From Candidatus Latescibacterota bacterium (GTDB lineage Bacteria > Latescibacterota > UBA2968 > UBA8231), in contig OZ242214.1 of NCBI GenBank assembly GCA_965206595.1, positions 4,000,001-4,064,000 on the forward strand: DNA of 64,000 nucleotides. Reading direction: 5' to 3'. How positions within the stretch are numbered: position 1 is the stretch's first letter; each line of letters opens with the position of its first letter. The notes beneath the pieces are model-generated. The model was given only the letters and a program-made list of their open reading frames with translations. It had not been told where the DNA came from and made no database searches. The position numbers and the translations under genes were made by a program. Shown here piece after piece: positions 20,932 to 30,873 of this stretch.

Positions 20932-22079
20932 ACCGCGCCGAACTGGAGGCGGGGGGCGTGGATGAAGCCTTGGAAAGGGCGGCCGAGGTGACAGGGGATT
21001 TTGCCACCGGACATGCCATCGTCATCGGCGTCGCGAATTACAGGAACGTGCCGGGGCTGCCCGAAGCGGTGCTGAATGACGCGCGGGACGTGGCCGCGGT
21101 CCTGCGATCCAACGCCTACTGTGGATATGAGCCACGTGACGTGCACGTGTTGCTCGACAGCGACGCCACGCTGGAGCGGATCAGGGCAGCCTTGGCTACC
21201 GTGGCCAAGACCAGCCGACCGGAGGACACGGTCGTCATCTTCTTCTCCGGGCATGGTGCCCTTCTCGGTGATCCCGTCGACCCCGAAAGCGCGCTACTGC
21301 CGGTCGAATGCGATGGACGGACACTGGATAGCACGAGCTTGTCCGAGGCGGAATTCTCTTCCGCACTTCGGGGATTCGCCGCTAAACGTCTGCTTGTCCT
21401 GATCGACGCTTGCCACTCCGCAGGCGCCGGGAGCTTCAAGGGCGGAGGAGCGGAGGAGTTACGGTCTCTCGGCTATAGCGAAAAGTCTCTTGGACGCCTG
21501 GCCCAGGGCGTCGGCCGCGTCCTTATCGCGTCTTCCCGGGCCAGCGAAGTATCCTGGGTACTGCCAAAGGCTCGGAACAGCGTGTTCACCTCCCATCTTT
21601 TGGATGCGCTGCGGGGCCAGGCGCGCACGAGCGGGGACGGGCTGATTCGGGTGTTCGAGGTCTTCAATCATGTCTCGGAGATGGTGCAGCGCGAGATGCC
21701 GGGGCGTCAGCATCCGGTCTTCAAGGCGAGCGACCTTGAGGACAATTTCCCTGTCGCGCTCGACCGGGGCGGGGTGAAATCGGACGCTACGGCGTCGGAT
21801 GCAGTAGGGGAGTCCGATGTCTGGAGCCAAATGGCAGAGATGATGCCGGGTCTTTATCCAGCAGGGCCGATGGATCAGGAAGTCTGGGCGCGTGCGGGCG
21901 GTGATCCGTCTCGCTTGCATCTGCAGGAGACAGGGCGGGTCGCCTGGTTCAAGGCTTTGCGTATGCTCCGTCAAGGTGGTGGAGGGGCAGGAATTCGCAA
22001 AGGAAGCCTGATTGAAACTGCGCTTGAGGACTACCCCCACCATCCGGTTTTGCGTGCACTACTGCGTGCACTACTGTGA
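20928..22079 (+). CDS. Caspase-family (peptidase C14) effector with C-terminal EAD1-like domain
   Basis: Catalytic dyad motifs FFSGHG and LIDACHS; tail LYPAGPMDQEVWARAGGD...GRVAW; ATGA overlap with the upstream gene. Confidence 0.88.
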   Translation: MNRAELEAGGVDEALERAAEVTGDFATGHAIVIGVANYRNVPGLPEAVLNDARDVAAVLRSNAYCGYEPRDVHVLLDSDATLERIRAALATVAKTSRPEDTVVIFFSGHGALLGDPVDPESALLPVECDGRTLDSTSLSEAEFSSALRGFAAKRLLVLIDACHSAGAGSFKGGGAEELRSLGYSEKSLGRLAQGVGRVLIASSRASEVSWVLPKARNSVFTSHLLDALRGQARTSGDGLIRVFEVFNHVSEMVQREMPGRQHPVFKASDLEDNFPVALDRGGVKSDATASDAVGESDVWSQMAEMMPGLYPAGPMDQEVWARAGGDPSRLHLQETGRVAWFKALRMLRQGGGGAGIRKGSLIETALEDYPHHPVLRALLRALL

Positions 22080-22282
22080 GGTGAGGCCTGTCTTTTCTGA
22101 CACGCACCCGCAAGGTCCGCCGCGCGTCCCTCCGGCCCCATGCAACGGGGGCATGGATATCTTGCCAGAAGGAATTTTCTTTCCTGACACCGGAGTGTTA
22201 ACCGACGCGGACCGAAGAACCTGGGAGATGGCTCCAGCAAGGGAACGGCCACTGCATGGTGAGAAACGCATGGCCGTCATCG

Positions 22283-22354
22283 CTAGTGTTCTCGGTTAAA
22301 GAGACGGCATTGAATTTTGGACCTTTACCAGCTTGACATCGTCCCGGTTTCGAT
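22283..22354 (-). mobile_element. IS630 terminal relic (~70 bp)
   Basis: ctagtgttctcggttaaagagacggcattgaattttggacctttaccagcttgacatcgtcccggtttcgat is a diverged copy of 29684-29754. Confidence 0.75.
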
Positions 22355-22406
22355 GTCGCCCCACCACCACCGAAAAGGATCCCATTGGTATGAAAGGGCA
22401 ATCAAT

Positions 22407-22787
22407 CGACCTCAGCGGCTGTCCGGCCTGTGGCGGTCGCCTGCGGATCGTGGCCGCCCTGACCGATCCGGCCTCGATCCGGACCTGTCTGGAGGGGGTA
22501 GGGCTGCCGGCGGTGCCCCCGCCGAGGGCCCCGCCTCAGCCGCAGTTCAAGTTCGCCGTTTGACCTCCTCCGCATTGGCTCCCTGCGCGGTGAGCGGTAC
22601 GGAGGAGGGCGCCCTCAAGTACCGGGTTGACCCCTGAAAGGCGCCAAAATCCTTTACAACGGTAGTCGGAGCAGTCCCGAACGATTCGGTGCGAGGACAA
22701 GCAATTCACCAGGGACCCTGCTGGACCCTCGCGTACGATTTCAGCGAACTGCATAGTACCGATATCGGTGCCTTATTTTTCCTATAC
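22407..22787 (+). mobile_element. IS91/ISCR-like relic: transposase C-terminus plus oriIS-like end (copy C, most complete)
   Basis: Encodes CPACGGRLRIVAALTDPASIRTCLEGVGLP..PPPRAPP*, typical of Y2 HUH transposase C-termini. About 220 bp later it ends in TTCCTATAC, like the ISCR oriIS end as I recall it. Confidence 0.75.
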
Positions 22788-22924
22788 TCTTCACCTTCCC
22801 GCATCTCGGCAAGCTGCTCGTGGGCGAGTTGACAAGCGCCGACGTGCTCCACCCGAATTCCTGAATGCACCGACCGCTGTGTGCCCGAAGTCTGGCATCC
22901 GAATAAGAAGGGGCTGAAACCGGC

Positions 22925-24607
22925 ATGACGAACGAAGTAATCACCACCGACTTGGCCGACGCCGAAATCCTCTGGAAGTCGGCCGACACCCTGCGCGGCC
23001 AGATCGATGCTGCCGAGTACAAACACGTCGTACTCGGCCTGCTCTTCCTGAAGTACATTTCCGACTCCTTTGAGGCACGGCGCGACGAGCTCAAGGGGGA
23101 ACTGGAAGCCGACGACATCAGCGGGCCTCAGATCGAAAGCCTGCTGGAGAACCGCGACGAGTACACTGCCGAGCGGATCTTCTGGGTGCCGCCCGAGGCA
23201 CGCTGGCAGAACCTCCAGAACCAGGCCGCGCGGCCGGACATCGCCACGCTGATCGACGACGCCATCCTCACCATCGAGCGCGACAACCCGAACCTCAAGG
23301 GCAAGCTGCCGCGCGACTACGCCCGTCGCGGCATCGCGCCGGAGAAGATGAAGGGGTTGATCGACCTGATCGCCGACATCGGCTTCAGGGGCGATCGCGC
23401 CAAAGCCCGCGACACGCTCGGCCGCGTCTACGAGTACTTCCTGGGCAAGTTCGCCCAGGCCGAGGGCAAGCTCGGCGGCGAGTTCTTCACGCCGCGCTGC
23501 ATCGTGCGGCTGCTGGTCGAGATGCTCGAGCCGTACGAGGGCCGCGTCTTCGACCCCTGCTGCGGCTCGGCCGGCATGTTCGTGCAGTCCGAGCGCTTCG
23601 TGGAAGCCCACGACGGGCAGAAGACCGACATCTCGATCTTCGGTCAGGAGTCCAATCCCACCACCTGGCGGCTGGCGCACATGAACCTGGCTATCCGCGG
23701 CATCGAGGCCAACCTTGGCTCTCAGCCCGCCGACAGCTTCCTGCGCAACCTGCACCCCGACCTCAAAGCCGACTACATCCTCGCCAATCCGCCGTTCAAC
23801 ATCTCGGACTGGTCGGGCAAGCTTCTGGCCGACGACGTGCGCTGGCGCCACGGTACGCCACCCGTCGGCAATGCCAACTACGCCTGGATCCAGCACTTCA
23901 TCCACCACCTGGCCCCGCCTGACGGGCATGGCGGCGGAGTCGCCGGCTTCGTCATGGCCAACGGCTCGCTCTCCACCGGCTCCGGCGGTGAGGGCGAAAT
24001 TCGCCAGCGCATCGTCGAGGCCGATCAGGTGGATTGCATCGTCGCGCTGCCAGCGCAGCTCTTCCTCACCACCGGCATCCCCGCCTGCCTCTGGTTCCTC
24101 ACGCGCGACAAGACCGGCAGGAACCTCAAGAAAGGCGGGCGTGACCGCAGGGGCGAGACGCTCTTCATCGACGCCCGCAAGCTCGGCACGATGCAGACCC
24201 GTACCCTCCGCGTGCTCACCGGCGGCGACGACGGCGAAAGCATGTTGGCCGATGGCATGGGCGACCCCAATTTCGATTCCGACCTCGGCCGCATCGTCTA
24301 CACCTTCCGCCAGTGGCGGGGCGAGCCCGCGCCGGGTTGGTGGGTCGAAGCGCAGCATGGCAAATGGGCGTACAGCGACATTCCCGGCTTCTGCAAGGCG
24401 GATACGATCGCGGGAATCGGCAAGCACGGCTTCGTACTCACCCCCGGCCGCTACGTTGGCGCCGAGGAGCAGGCCGACGACGGCGAACCGTTCGCGAAGA
24501 AGTACCCGCGGCTGCTGGGGGAGTTGGAGGTGTGTTTTCGGGAAGGGGAGCGACTGATGGCTGTGGCCCGTGAACGGGTGCTAAGGGTTGAGAGTGATGC
24601 CAACTAG
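22925..24607 (+). CDS. hsdM: Type I restriction-modification methyltransferase subunit
   Basis: [39 protein letters not shown]. Confidence 0.95.
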   Translation: MTNEVITTDLADAEILWKSADTLRGQIDAAEYKHVVLGLLFLKYISDSFEARRDELKGELEADDISGPQIESLLENRDEYTAERIFWVPPEARWQNLQNQAARPDIATLIDDAILTIERDNPNLKGKLPRDYARRGIAPEKMKGLIDLIADIGFRGDRAKARDTLGRVYEYFLGKFAQAEGKLGGEFFTPRCIVRLLVEMLEPYEGRVFDPCCGSAGMFVQSERFVEAHDGQKTDISIFGQESNPTTWRLAHMNLAIRGIEANLGSQPADSFLRNLHPDLKADYILANPPFNISDWSGKLLADDVRWRHGTPPVGNANYAWIQHFIHHLAPPDGHGGGVAGFVMANGSLSTGSGGEGEIRQRIVEADQVDCIVALPAQLFLTTGIPACLWFLTRDKTGRNLKKGGRDRRGETLFIDARKLGTMQTRTLRVLTGGDDGESMLADGMGDPNFDSDLGRIVYTFRQWRGEPAPGWWVEAQHGKWAYSDIPGFCKADTIAGIGKHGFVLTPGRYVGAEEQADDGEPFAKKYPRLLGELEVCFREGERLMAVARERVLRVESDAN

Positions 24608-25922
24608 GTGGCCCATGCGCTCAGTCCTCGAGCTCCAGGATGAAGGGACCTTACTCGTCGCGGACGGCAATCACGGTGAGTACCGTCCGCGCAGTGATGA
24701 GTTCGGCCAAGGAGAGTATGCGTTCATTCGGGCAGCAGACCTGGAAAACGGACAAGTGCTCTTCGACGCAGTGCAGCGGATAAACGACCAGGCCCTGGCG
24801 CGGATTCGGAAGGGCGTTGGCCAAGGCGGCGACGTCCTCTTCTCCCACAAGGGCACGGTTGGTAAGCTCGCGCTCGTTCCGCTCGACGCCCCTCCTTTCG
24901 TCTGCTCGCCTCAGACCACGTTTTGGAGGACGCTCGATGAGGAGCGTCTTGATCGGCGATACCTGTACTACTTCATGCGCTCCAACGCATTCACAGACCA
25001 GTGGATGGCGCGAAGTAATGAGACCGATATGGCGGCTTACGTCAGCCTCACGGCGCAGCGGCAGTTAAATGTTGCTCTGCCAGAAATCGACGAACAACGC
25101 GCCATCGCCGGTGTTCTCGGTGCGCTGGACGACAAGATTGAGCAGAACCGGCGTACGGCGCGGGCGCTGGAGCGACTGGCGCAGGCGATCTTCCAGGCGT
25201 GGTTCGTCGACTTCGAGCCGGTAAAGGCCAAAGTCGCCGGCGCGGCCTCCTTCCCCTCTTTAGCCCAGCCCGTCTTCGACGCCCTGCCCACCCGCTTCGG
25301 CGATTCTGAGATCGGCCCCGTGCCGAAGGGGTGGGAGCTGAAGCCGATCGCAAACATTGCGACGTTCCTGAACGGACTGGCACTTCAGAAGTACCCGCCT
25401 CGCGGCGATGGCGAAGACCTGCGCGCGGTCAAGATCGCCCAACTCCGCAAGGGTTCAGCAGAAGGTGCCGCCTGGGCGAACAGCGATGTGGCCGAGCAGT
25501 ATGTGATCGGCGATCGTGATCTGTTGTTCTCGTGGTCGGGCACCCTCGAAGCCGAGTTCTGGTTCGGCGGCAAGGGCGCGCTGAATCAGCACCTGTTCAA
25601 GGTCACGTCGTCGCACTTCCCGAGTTGGTTTTGCCTACTTTGGATTCGGCAGCACCTGCCGTGGTTCCGCGCCATCGCAGCAGGTAAGGCAACAACGATG
25701 GGGCACATCAAACGTGGACACCTTCAAGAAGCGCCGGTCGTCGTCCCTCCGAATGAGGTTCTTCATGAAGCGAACGAAGTGATTGGTACGCTCTACGATC
25801 TCTTCGGCCAGCTGATGATTGAATCGCGGAAGCTGGCGGCGATGCGCGACGTGCTCCTTCCGAAGTTGCTGTCCGGCGAAGTGCGGGTACGGGTGGACGG
25901 AGGCGCCGATGGTGAGTCATGA
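24597..25922 (+). CDS. hsdS: Type I R-M specificity subunit
   Basis: Two TRDs separated by [18 protein letters not shown]...LE..AQAIF.AWFVDF; ends [16 protein letters not shown]. Confidence 0.93.
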   Translation: MPTRWPMRSVLELQDEGTLLVADGNHGEYRPRSDEFGQGEYAFIRAADLENGQVLFDAVQRINDQALARIRKGVGQGGDVLFSHKGTVGKLALVPLDAPPFVCSPQTTFWRTLDEERLDRRYLYYFMRSNAFTDQWMARSNETDMAAYVSLTAQRQLNVALPEIDEQRAIAGVLGALDDKIEQNRRTARALERLAQAIFQAWFVDFEPVKAKVAGAASFPSLAQPVFDALPTRFGDSEIGPVPKGWELKPIANIATFLNGLALQKYPPRGDGEDLRAVKIAQLRKGSAEGAAWANSDVAEQYVIGDRDLLFSWSGTLEAEFWFGGKGALNQHLFKVTSSHFPSWFCLLWIRQHLPWFRAIAAGKATTMGHIKRGHLQEAPVVVPPNEVLHEANEVIGTLYDLFGQLMIESRKLAAMRDVLLPKLLSGEVRVRVDGGADGES

Positions 25923-26631
25923 CCGCCCCTTCGAACTCCATAGCTGTCGCGAACTCTTCGAACGGTATCCAGCCTCAACGTCGTTGAGACCGGCAGTCGA
26001 GGTCATCGAACGGACAATCCAGGATGAACCTGGCATTGCATTCACACACTGCCGAGGCTTACTGGAAACCGTATGTGTGACGATACTCGCGGACCGCGGC
26101 ATAGAGATCCCGCCGAATCCAAAGCCGAACTGGCTCATGACACAGGCAATAAAGACACTGCAACTCACAGCGCTGAACCCCGACGACAAGGCAGCTGAAG
26201 ATGGCGTTGCTAGTATCCTGCGGGGACTGAATTCACTGGTTGACGGTGTCGTGGCCTTGCGCAAGAGCCAAGGTGTCGGGCCACATGGTCGGGACGCGCT
26301 GGCATCTGTGCTTTCTGTTGATTATGCGATGCTGACCGCGACAGCGGTAGATGCGGCTGTCGGGCTTATGTTCCGGCTACATCAAGAGCAAATCGGCCGC
26401 GATCCGATCAACCACTTGAGATTCGGAGTTCACGCAGATTTCGACAGTTTTCTTGACGGCAAGTACTCAGACATCGAGATCGAAGAGGTTCCGGTCAGTG
26501 CGAGTCAGGCGCTTCATCACCAGGATCCCTTGGCTTATCGCAAGAGCCTTGTGGAGTTCAGAAACCGATCCGAAGCGGAGAACGAGGAGATAGCGGAAGG
26601 CGAGAGCATTTCCGAGGACGCCGATGGATGA
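25909..26631 (+). CDS. Abortive-infection C-terminal (Abi_C/HEPN-like) family protein
   Basis: A...CRGLLETVC.TIL...ILRGL..LV.G...LR...G..PHGRD pattern; overlaps both hsdS and hsdR. Confidence 0.7.
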   Translation: MVSHDRPFELHSCRELFERYPASTSLRPAVEVIERTIQDEPGIAFTHCRGLLETVCVTILADRGIEIPPNPKPNWLMTQAIKTLQLTALNPDDKAAEDGVASILRGLNSLVDGVVALRKSQGVGPHGRDALASVLSVDYAMLTATAVDAAVGLMFRLHQEQIGRDPINHLRFGVHADFDSFLDGKYSDIEIEEVPVSASQALHHQDPLAYRKSLVEFRNRSEAENEEIAEGESISEDADG

Positions 26632-29600
26632 ACTGACTGCAGAACTCGCTGCCGCTGCGTGGTTTGAGTCTGTAAGGATTCCCGTCATGTCGGCATCCGA
26701 ACTGACCGAAGAGCGTCAGTTGGTACCGGGAACCGTGATTCTGACCACGGTATTGAGCGGTGTTTTGCGTCGTCTCAACCCCGATATGCCGCACGACAGC
26801 ATCGAGGAGGTCGTGCGCATCCTGTCGCGCCCGCCACACCCGACGCTGATCCAGAACAACCGTTGGTTCCATGCGCAGGTCACCGACGGCGTCGAGATTG
26901 AGTACCAAGAATCGAACAGCGGCGAGACTCGCGGGGACCGCGCGAGGCTGGTCGATTTCGACAACCCGGTCGCGAACGATCTACTGGTACTGCGCCAGCT
27001 CAGCGTCGCCGGACCGTCGGGCAAGATCATCCGCCCGGACCTGACAGTGTTCCTGAACGGGCTGCCGGTCGCGTTGATCGAGCTAAAAGACCCGACGGAC
27101 ATCCAGGCAAACCTGGGCGTGGCCATCGACCAGCTCGACCGCTACATGCAGACCGCCCCGGACCTGTTCGTGTCAAACCTGGTGCTTGTGGTCTCGGACG
27201 GCATGCTGACTCGCGTCGGCTCGATCACCAGCGGGCGCAGCCTCTTCATGCCCTGGCGCCCGATCGACGATCGTGAGGGCGGCGGCCCGCCGACTCTGGA
27301 GGCGCTGATACGGGGCCTGTTTGATTCCCGGATGTTGGTGGACTACCTGCGGACCTGTGTCACTTTCGAGGAGGACGAGCGGGGCGAGATCGCCAAGAAG
27401 ATCGCGGGCTACCACCAGTTCCGCGCGGTGCGCAAGGCGCGCGCCAGCGTGCTTACGCGCCTTAAGCCGCCGGCCGGCACGGGCGACGGTCGCGGGGGCG
27501 TGATCTGGCACACCCAGGGCTCGGGCAAGTCGCTGACCATGTTGATGTTGGCGGGGGGCCTGATCCGAGAGTCGCGCATGACCAACCCGACGATCGTCAT
27601 GATCACCGACCGCAACGATCTGGACGATCAGCTCTTCGACACCTTCGCCGCCGGGCGTGCGCTGCTTCGGCACGACCCGGTCCAGGCCGCGAGCCGGGAA
27701 CATCTCAAGGCGCTGCTCGACCGCGCGGCGGGTGGAGTGGTGTTCACGACGATTCAGAAGTTCGCCGAGGCGCACGGCGTGGTCTCGGAGCGCTCGAACA
27801 TCGTCGTCATGGCCGACGAGGCACACCGTAGCCAGTACGGTTTCGTCGAGGGCGGCGCGCGCTGGATGCGCGAGGCGCTGCCGAACGCCACTTTCGTCGG
27901 CTTCACCGGCACGCCGCTGGAGCACGACGACAGAAACACGATCCACGTATTTGGCGAATACGCGGACGTCTACGACATCCGCCAGGCCGTCGAGGACGGC
28001 ACGACCCGGCCGCTCTACTACGAATCCTGCATCATCAAACTGAAGGTGGACGAGGAGGGCGCGCGCGTCGCCGAGAAAGAGGTTGAGTATGTAGCCAACC
28101 GCGACCGACGCGGGGAAGGGGCGGAGGACAGTATCCGAGTCCCGCTGGAGTCCCTGGTCGGCGGCCAGGAGCGCATCAAACGCCTGGCGGCGTTCATCGT
28201 CGAGCACTGGGAGAAGCGCCGCGCCGCGATGGAAGGCAAGGCGATGGTGGTGACCATGAGCCGCGACATTGCCGCGCGGCTGTACGAGGCGATCCGCGCG
28301 CTGCGCCCGGACTGGCACGACGTCGACGACGAACGGGGGGCGATGAAGGTGGTCGTGACCGGCACCGACGAAGATCCCGAGCCGCTCAGGAACCATGTCC
28401 GCACCAAGGCCGCACGCAAGCGTCTGGCGGAGCGCTTTAAGGCCCCCCACGACGACCTGCGCCTGGTGATCGTCTGTGACATGTGGCTCACCGGCTTCGA
28501 CTGCCCACCAGCGCACACCATGTATCTGGATAAGCCGCTGGCCGGGCACAGCCTGATGCAGGCCATCGCGCGCGTGAATCGTGTCTACGGCGACAAGCCC
28601 GGTGGACTGATCGTGGACCTGCTGGGCCTAGCCGAGCAGTTGGGAGATGCGCTTGCGACTTACACCCAAGCCGGCGGCACGGGCAAGGCCGTCAGGAGAG
28701 TGCAGAACGAGGCTGTCCCTGCCATGCAAGCGGCCTTCAAGAAACTACGTGGCTTCTTCCACGGTTGCGACTACGAGCAGGCGCTCGACGCCAAACCGCA
28801 AGCCGTGCTTCTGGTGTATCTGCGCGCGATCGATCACGTCTTTGGGCAGAACGACGGCTGGAAGCGCCTGCGCACGCTGGTCAAGGAGTTGTCGGCGGCC
28901 TTCGCGCTGGCGGTTCCGCGCCCGGAGACCGAAGCCATCACGGCGCACCTCGCCTTCTTCCAGCGCGTGGTCGCGATGATTCGTAACCGATTGGCTGACG
29001 ATACCGGCGGTGGCGCCGGTCACGCTCGGCAACGCGACATCGACGCCGCAGTGCGCCAAGTTATCGGCGGCGCGATCGATGCCGACGAAGTAATCGACCT
29101 GTTCGCCGTCGCGGGGCTGTCGGACGCCCGCCTCGACATCCTTAGCGATGAGTTCCTGGGTCGGGTGGCGGCACTGGAGCAGAAGAACCTGGCCTTGGAG
29201 ACGCTGCGCAAGCTGCTCAATGACCAGATTCGTATCACCGAGCGCACGAACATTGTCCAGAGCCGCAAGTTTCGCGAGGCCCTCGAAGACGCGATGCTGC
29301 GCTATACGAACAGGGCGATCACCACCGCGGAGATGATCTCGCAGCTGATCGACTTGGCGAAGAGCCTGCGGGACGCGCAGCGCCACGGCGAAGAACTCGG
29401 CCTGAGCGGCGGGGAAACTGCCTTCTACGACGCCCTGGCGGAGAACAGATCAGCTAGGGAAGCGATGCAGAGCGATACGCTGCGTCTCATGGCTCGGAAA
29501 CTGACCGAAATGGTCAAGAGCATGCCCAAGCTTGACTGGACCCATCGCGAGTCCGTACGGGCGAGCCTGCGGCGCAATGTTCGTCGGTTGCTGGCAAAGT

Positions 29601-29683
29601 ACGGCTACCCTCCGGATCTGGCCGAGGACGCGACGCAGCTCGTTTTGCGACAGGCGGAGCTATCAACGGAGAACTCGGAGTAG
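26624..29683 (+). CDS. hsdR: Type I restriction endonuclease subunit R
   Basis: RPD...NGLP...IELK nuclease motif, [45 protein letters not shown]. Confidence 0.95.
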   Translation: MDELTAELAAAAWFESVRIPVMSASELTEERQLVPGTVILTTVLSGVLRRLNPDMPHDSIEEVVRILSRPPHPTLIQNNRWFHAQVTDGVEIEYQESNSGETRGDRARLVDFDNPVANDLLVLRQLSVAGPSGKIIRPDLTVFLNGLPVALIELKDPTDIQANLGVAIDQLDRYMQTAPDLFVSNLVLVVSDGMLTRVGSITSGRSLFMPWRPIDDREGGGPPTLEALIRGLFDSRMLVDYLRTCVTFEEDERGEIAKKIAGYHQFRAVRKARASVLTRLKPPAGTGDGRGGVIWHTQGSGKSLTMLMLAGGLIRESRMTNPTIVMITDRNDLDDQLFDTFAAGRALLRHDPVQAASREHLKALLDRAAGGVVFTTIQKFAEAHGVVSERSNIVVMADEAHRSQYGFVEGGARWMREALPNATFVGFTGTPLEHDDRNTIHVFGEYADVYDIRQAVEDGTTRPLYYESCIIKLKVDEEGARVAEKEVEYVANRDRRGEGAEDSIRVPLESLVGGQERIKRLAAFIVEHWEKRRAAMEGKAMVVTMSRDIAARLYEAIRALRPDWHDVDDERGAMKVVVTGTDEDPEPLRNHVRTKAARKRLAERFKAPHDDLRLVIVCDMWLTGFDCPPAHTMYLDKPLAGHSLMQAIARVNRVYGDKPGGLIVDLLGLAEQLGDALATYTQAGGTGKAVRRVQNEAVPAMQAAFKKLRGFFHGCDYEQALDAKPQAVLLVYLRAIDHVFGQNDGWKRLRTLVKELSAAFALAVPRPETEAITAHLAFFQRVVAMIRNRLADDTGGGAGHARQRDIDAAVRQVIGGAIDADEVIDLFAVAGLSDARLDILSDEFLGRVAALEQKNLALETLRKLLNDQIRITERTNIVQSRKFREALEDAMLRYTNRAITTAEMISQLIDLAKSLRDAQRHGEELGLSGGETAFYDALAENRSAREAMQSDTLRLMARKLTEMVKSMPKLDWTHRESVRASLRRNVRRLLAKYGYPPDLAEDATQLVLRQAELSTENSE

Positions 29684-30560
29684 CTAGTGCTCTGTTAAAG
29701 AGCCGGCATTGAGTTCTGGGCCTTCACCAGCTTGGCATCGTACCGGTTTCGATTTCGCAATACGAGATACTACATGCGCTGGCCAACTTCTCGATGGTCC
29801 CTTGGGTCGCTGTTCTTGATGACGAAGTAGTGGGCGGCCGTAAGGTGGCATTCCAGACGATTCATCCAGGAGGCGTTGGTAGCGGTGAAAACCAGGAAGA
29901 CCTGATTTCGCCGACACCATTGCCGGATCTTTTCGGTCGTGTGCGTCGACAAATTGTCCAGGATGAGGTAGATGCGCTGGGCCTTGCGGTACCGGCGCCG
30001 GATGGCCTTGAGGAAGGTGAGCACCGCCGAGGCGTGCTTCTTGCGCTTGTGATGCATCTACAGGACGTCCTCGTGGACGTTGTAGGCGCCGAAGAAATAG
30101 CTGACGCCGCCGTGCCGGGTGTAGGTGGCCCGGTGTCGCACCGGGTGCTTGTGCGGCGCCCACGAGGAGCCGCCATGAGGCTTGATCTGCACCGGCCCCA
30201 TTTCGTCGAAGCAGACTACGACCGAGTCCTTCGGCGCTCGCCGGTAGAGTCGGTCGATGCGTTTTTTTTCGAGGAGAAATCTGGATCCTTCGACTCCTTC
30301 CAGGTGCGGGTCCGTTGGCAGGTGACCTATGCCGGTCCAGGACTTTGCCGATGGTCACGTGCGAGACCTTGGGGATCATCTGGCGCCCGACCAGACAGTC
30401 CGTCAGCTTGCGCAGCGACCACTGATTGAAGGGTTGGCCGAAGGCCCGAGGAGGCATCCTGGCAATCTCCACGACCACCGACTCGTCTTCGGGTGTCAGC
30501 GTCGGGGTGCGCCCCGGATGGGCTCGAGTGCGCAGCGACGCCAGCCCTTCCTCGTTGTAT
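29684..30560 (-). pseudogene. IS630-family transposase pseudogene / truncated IS
   Basis: PF..WSLRKL, CFDEMGP, ILDNLSTH, ASWMNRLE spread over several frames. A7 slippery run at ~30263, in-frame TAG at ~30058, 5' end missing. Confidence 0.85.
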
Positions 30561-30583
30561 TGTCGCAGCAGCTGGCGGAGCGC

Positions 30584-30693
30584 GGGGTAGGGCTGCCGGC
30601 GATGCCCCCGCCGAGGGCCCCGCCTGAGCCGCTGTTCGATTTCGCCGCCTGACCTCCTCCGCGATGGGCTCCCGGCACCGGTAATTTCCTAAC
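30584..30693 (+). repeat. IS91/ISCR-like relic (copy D)
   Basis: ggggtagggctgccggcgatgcccccgccgagggccccgcct...ttcgccgcctgacctcctccgc matches 22495-22575 and ends in ATTTCCTAAC. Confidence 0.8.
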
Positions 30694-30873
30694 GGATTCC
30701 TTGTTCGCGACGTGGAACCCCATCGGGATGACTTGAGGGCACGGGTCAGCGGTCTTGCGTCGGGTTCTGGGGAGGGAACGCGGATCGAGCTGCTTGCGCT
30801 CTACCTGCCATTCGAGAGCCTGGATGGCATTGGGGAGGCGATGGTTCAAAGGCGTTCAGGAGCGGAACAATGA
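30694..30873 (+). pseudogene. C-terminal remnant of the helicase partner gene (possibly HamA-like)
   Basis: Start-less frame GFLVRDVEPHRDDLRARVSGLASGSGEGTRIELLALYLPFESLDGIGEAMVQRRSGAEQ* whose TGA overlaps the helicase ATG. Confidence 0.6.

Noticed and set aside
22741-22790. TCAGCGAAC..ACCGATATCGGT as a WYL/BrxR-type operator
   Set aside because: It lies within longer homology that includes a transposase C-terminus, so an oriIS relic explains it better. No WYL gene is present, though a secondary regulatory role is not excluded.
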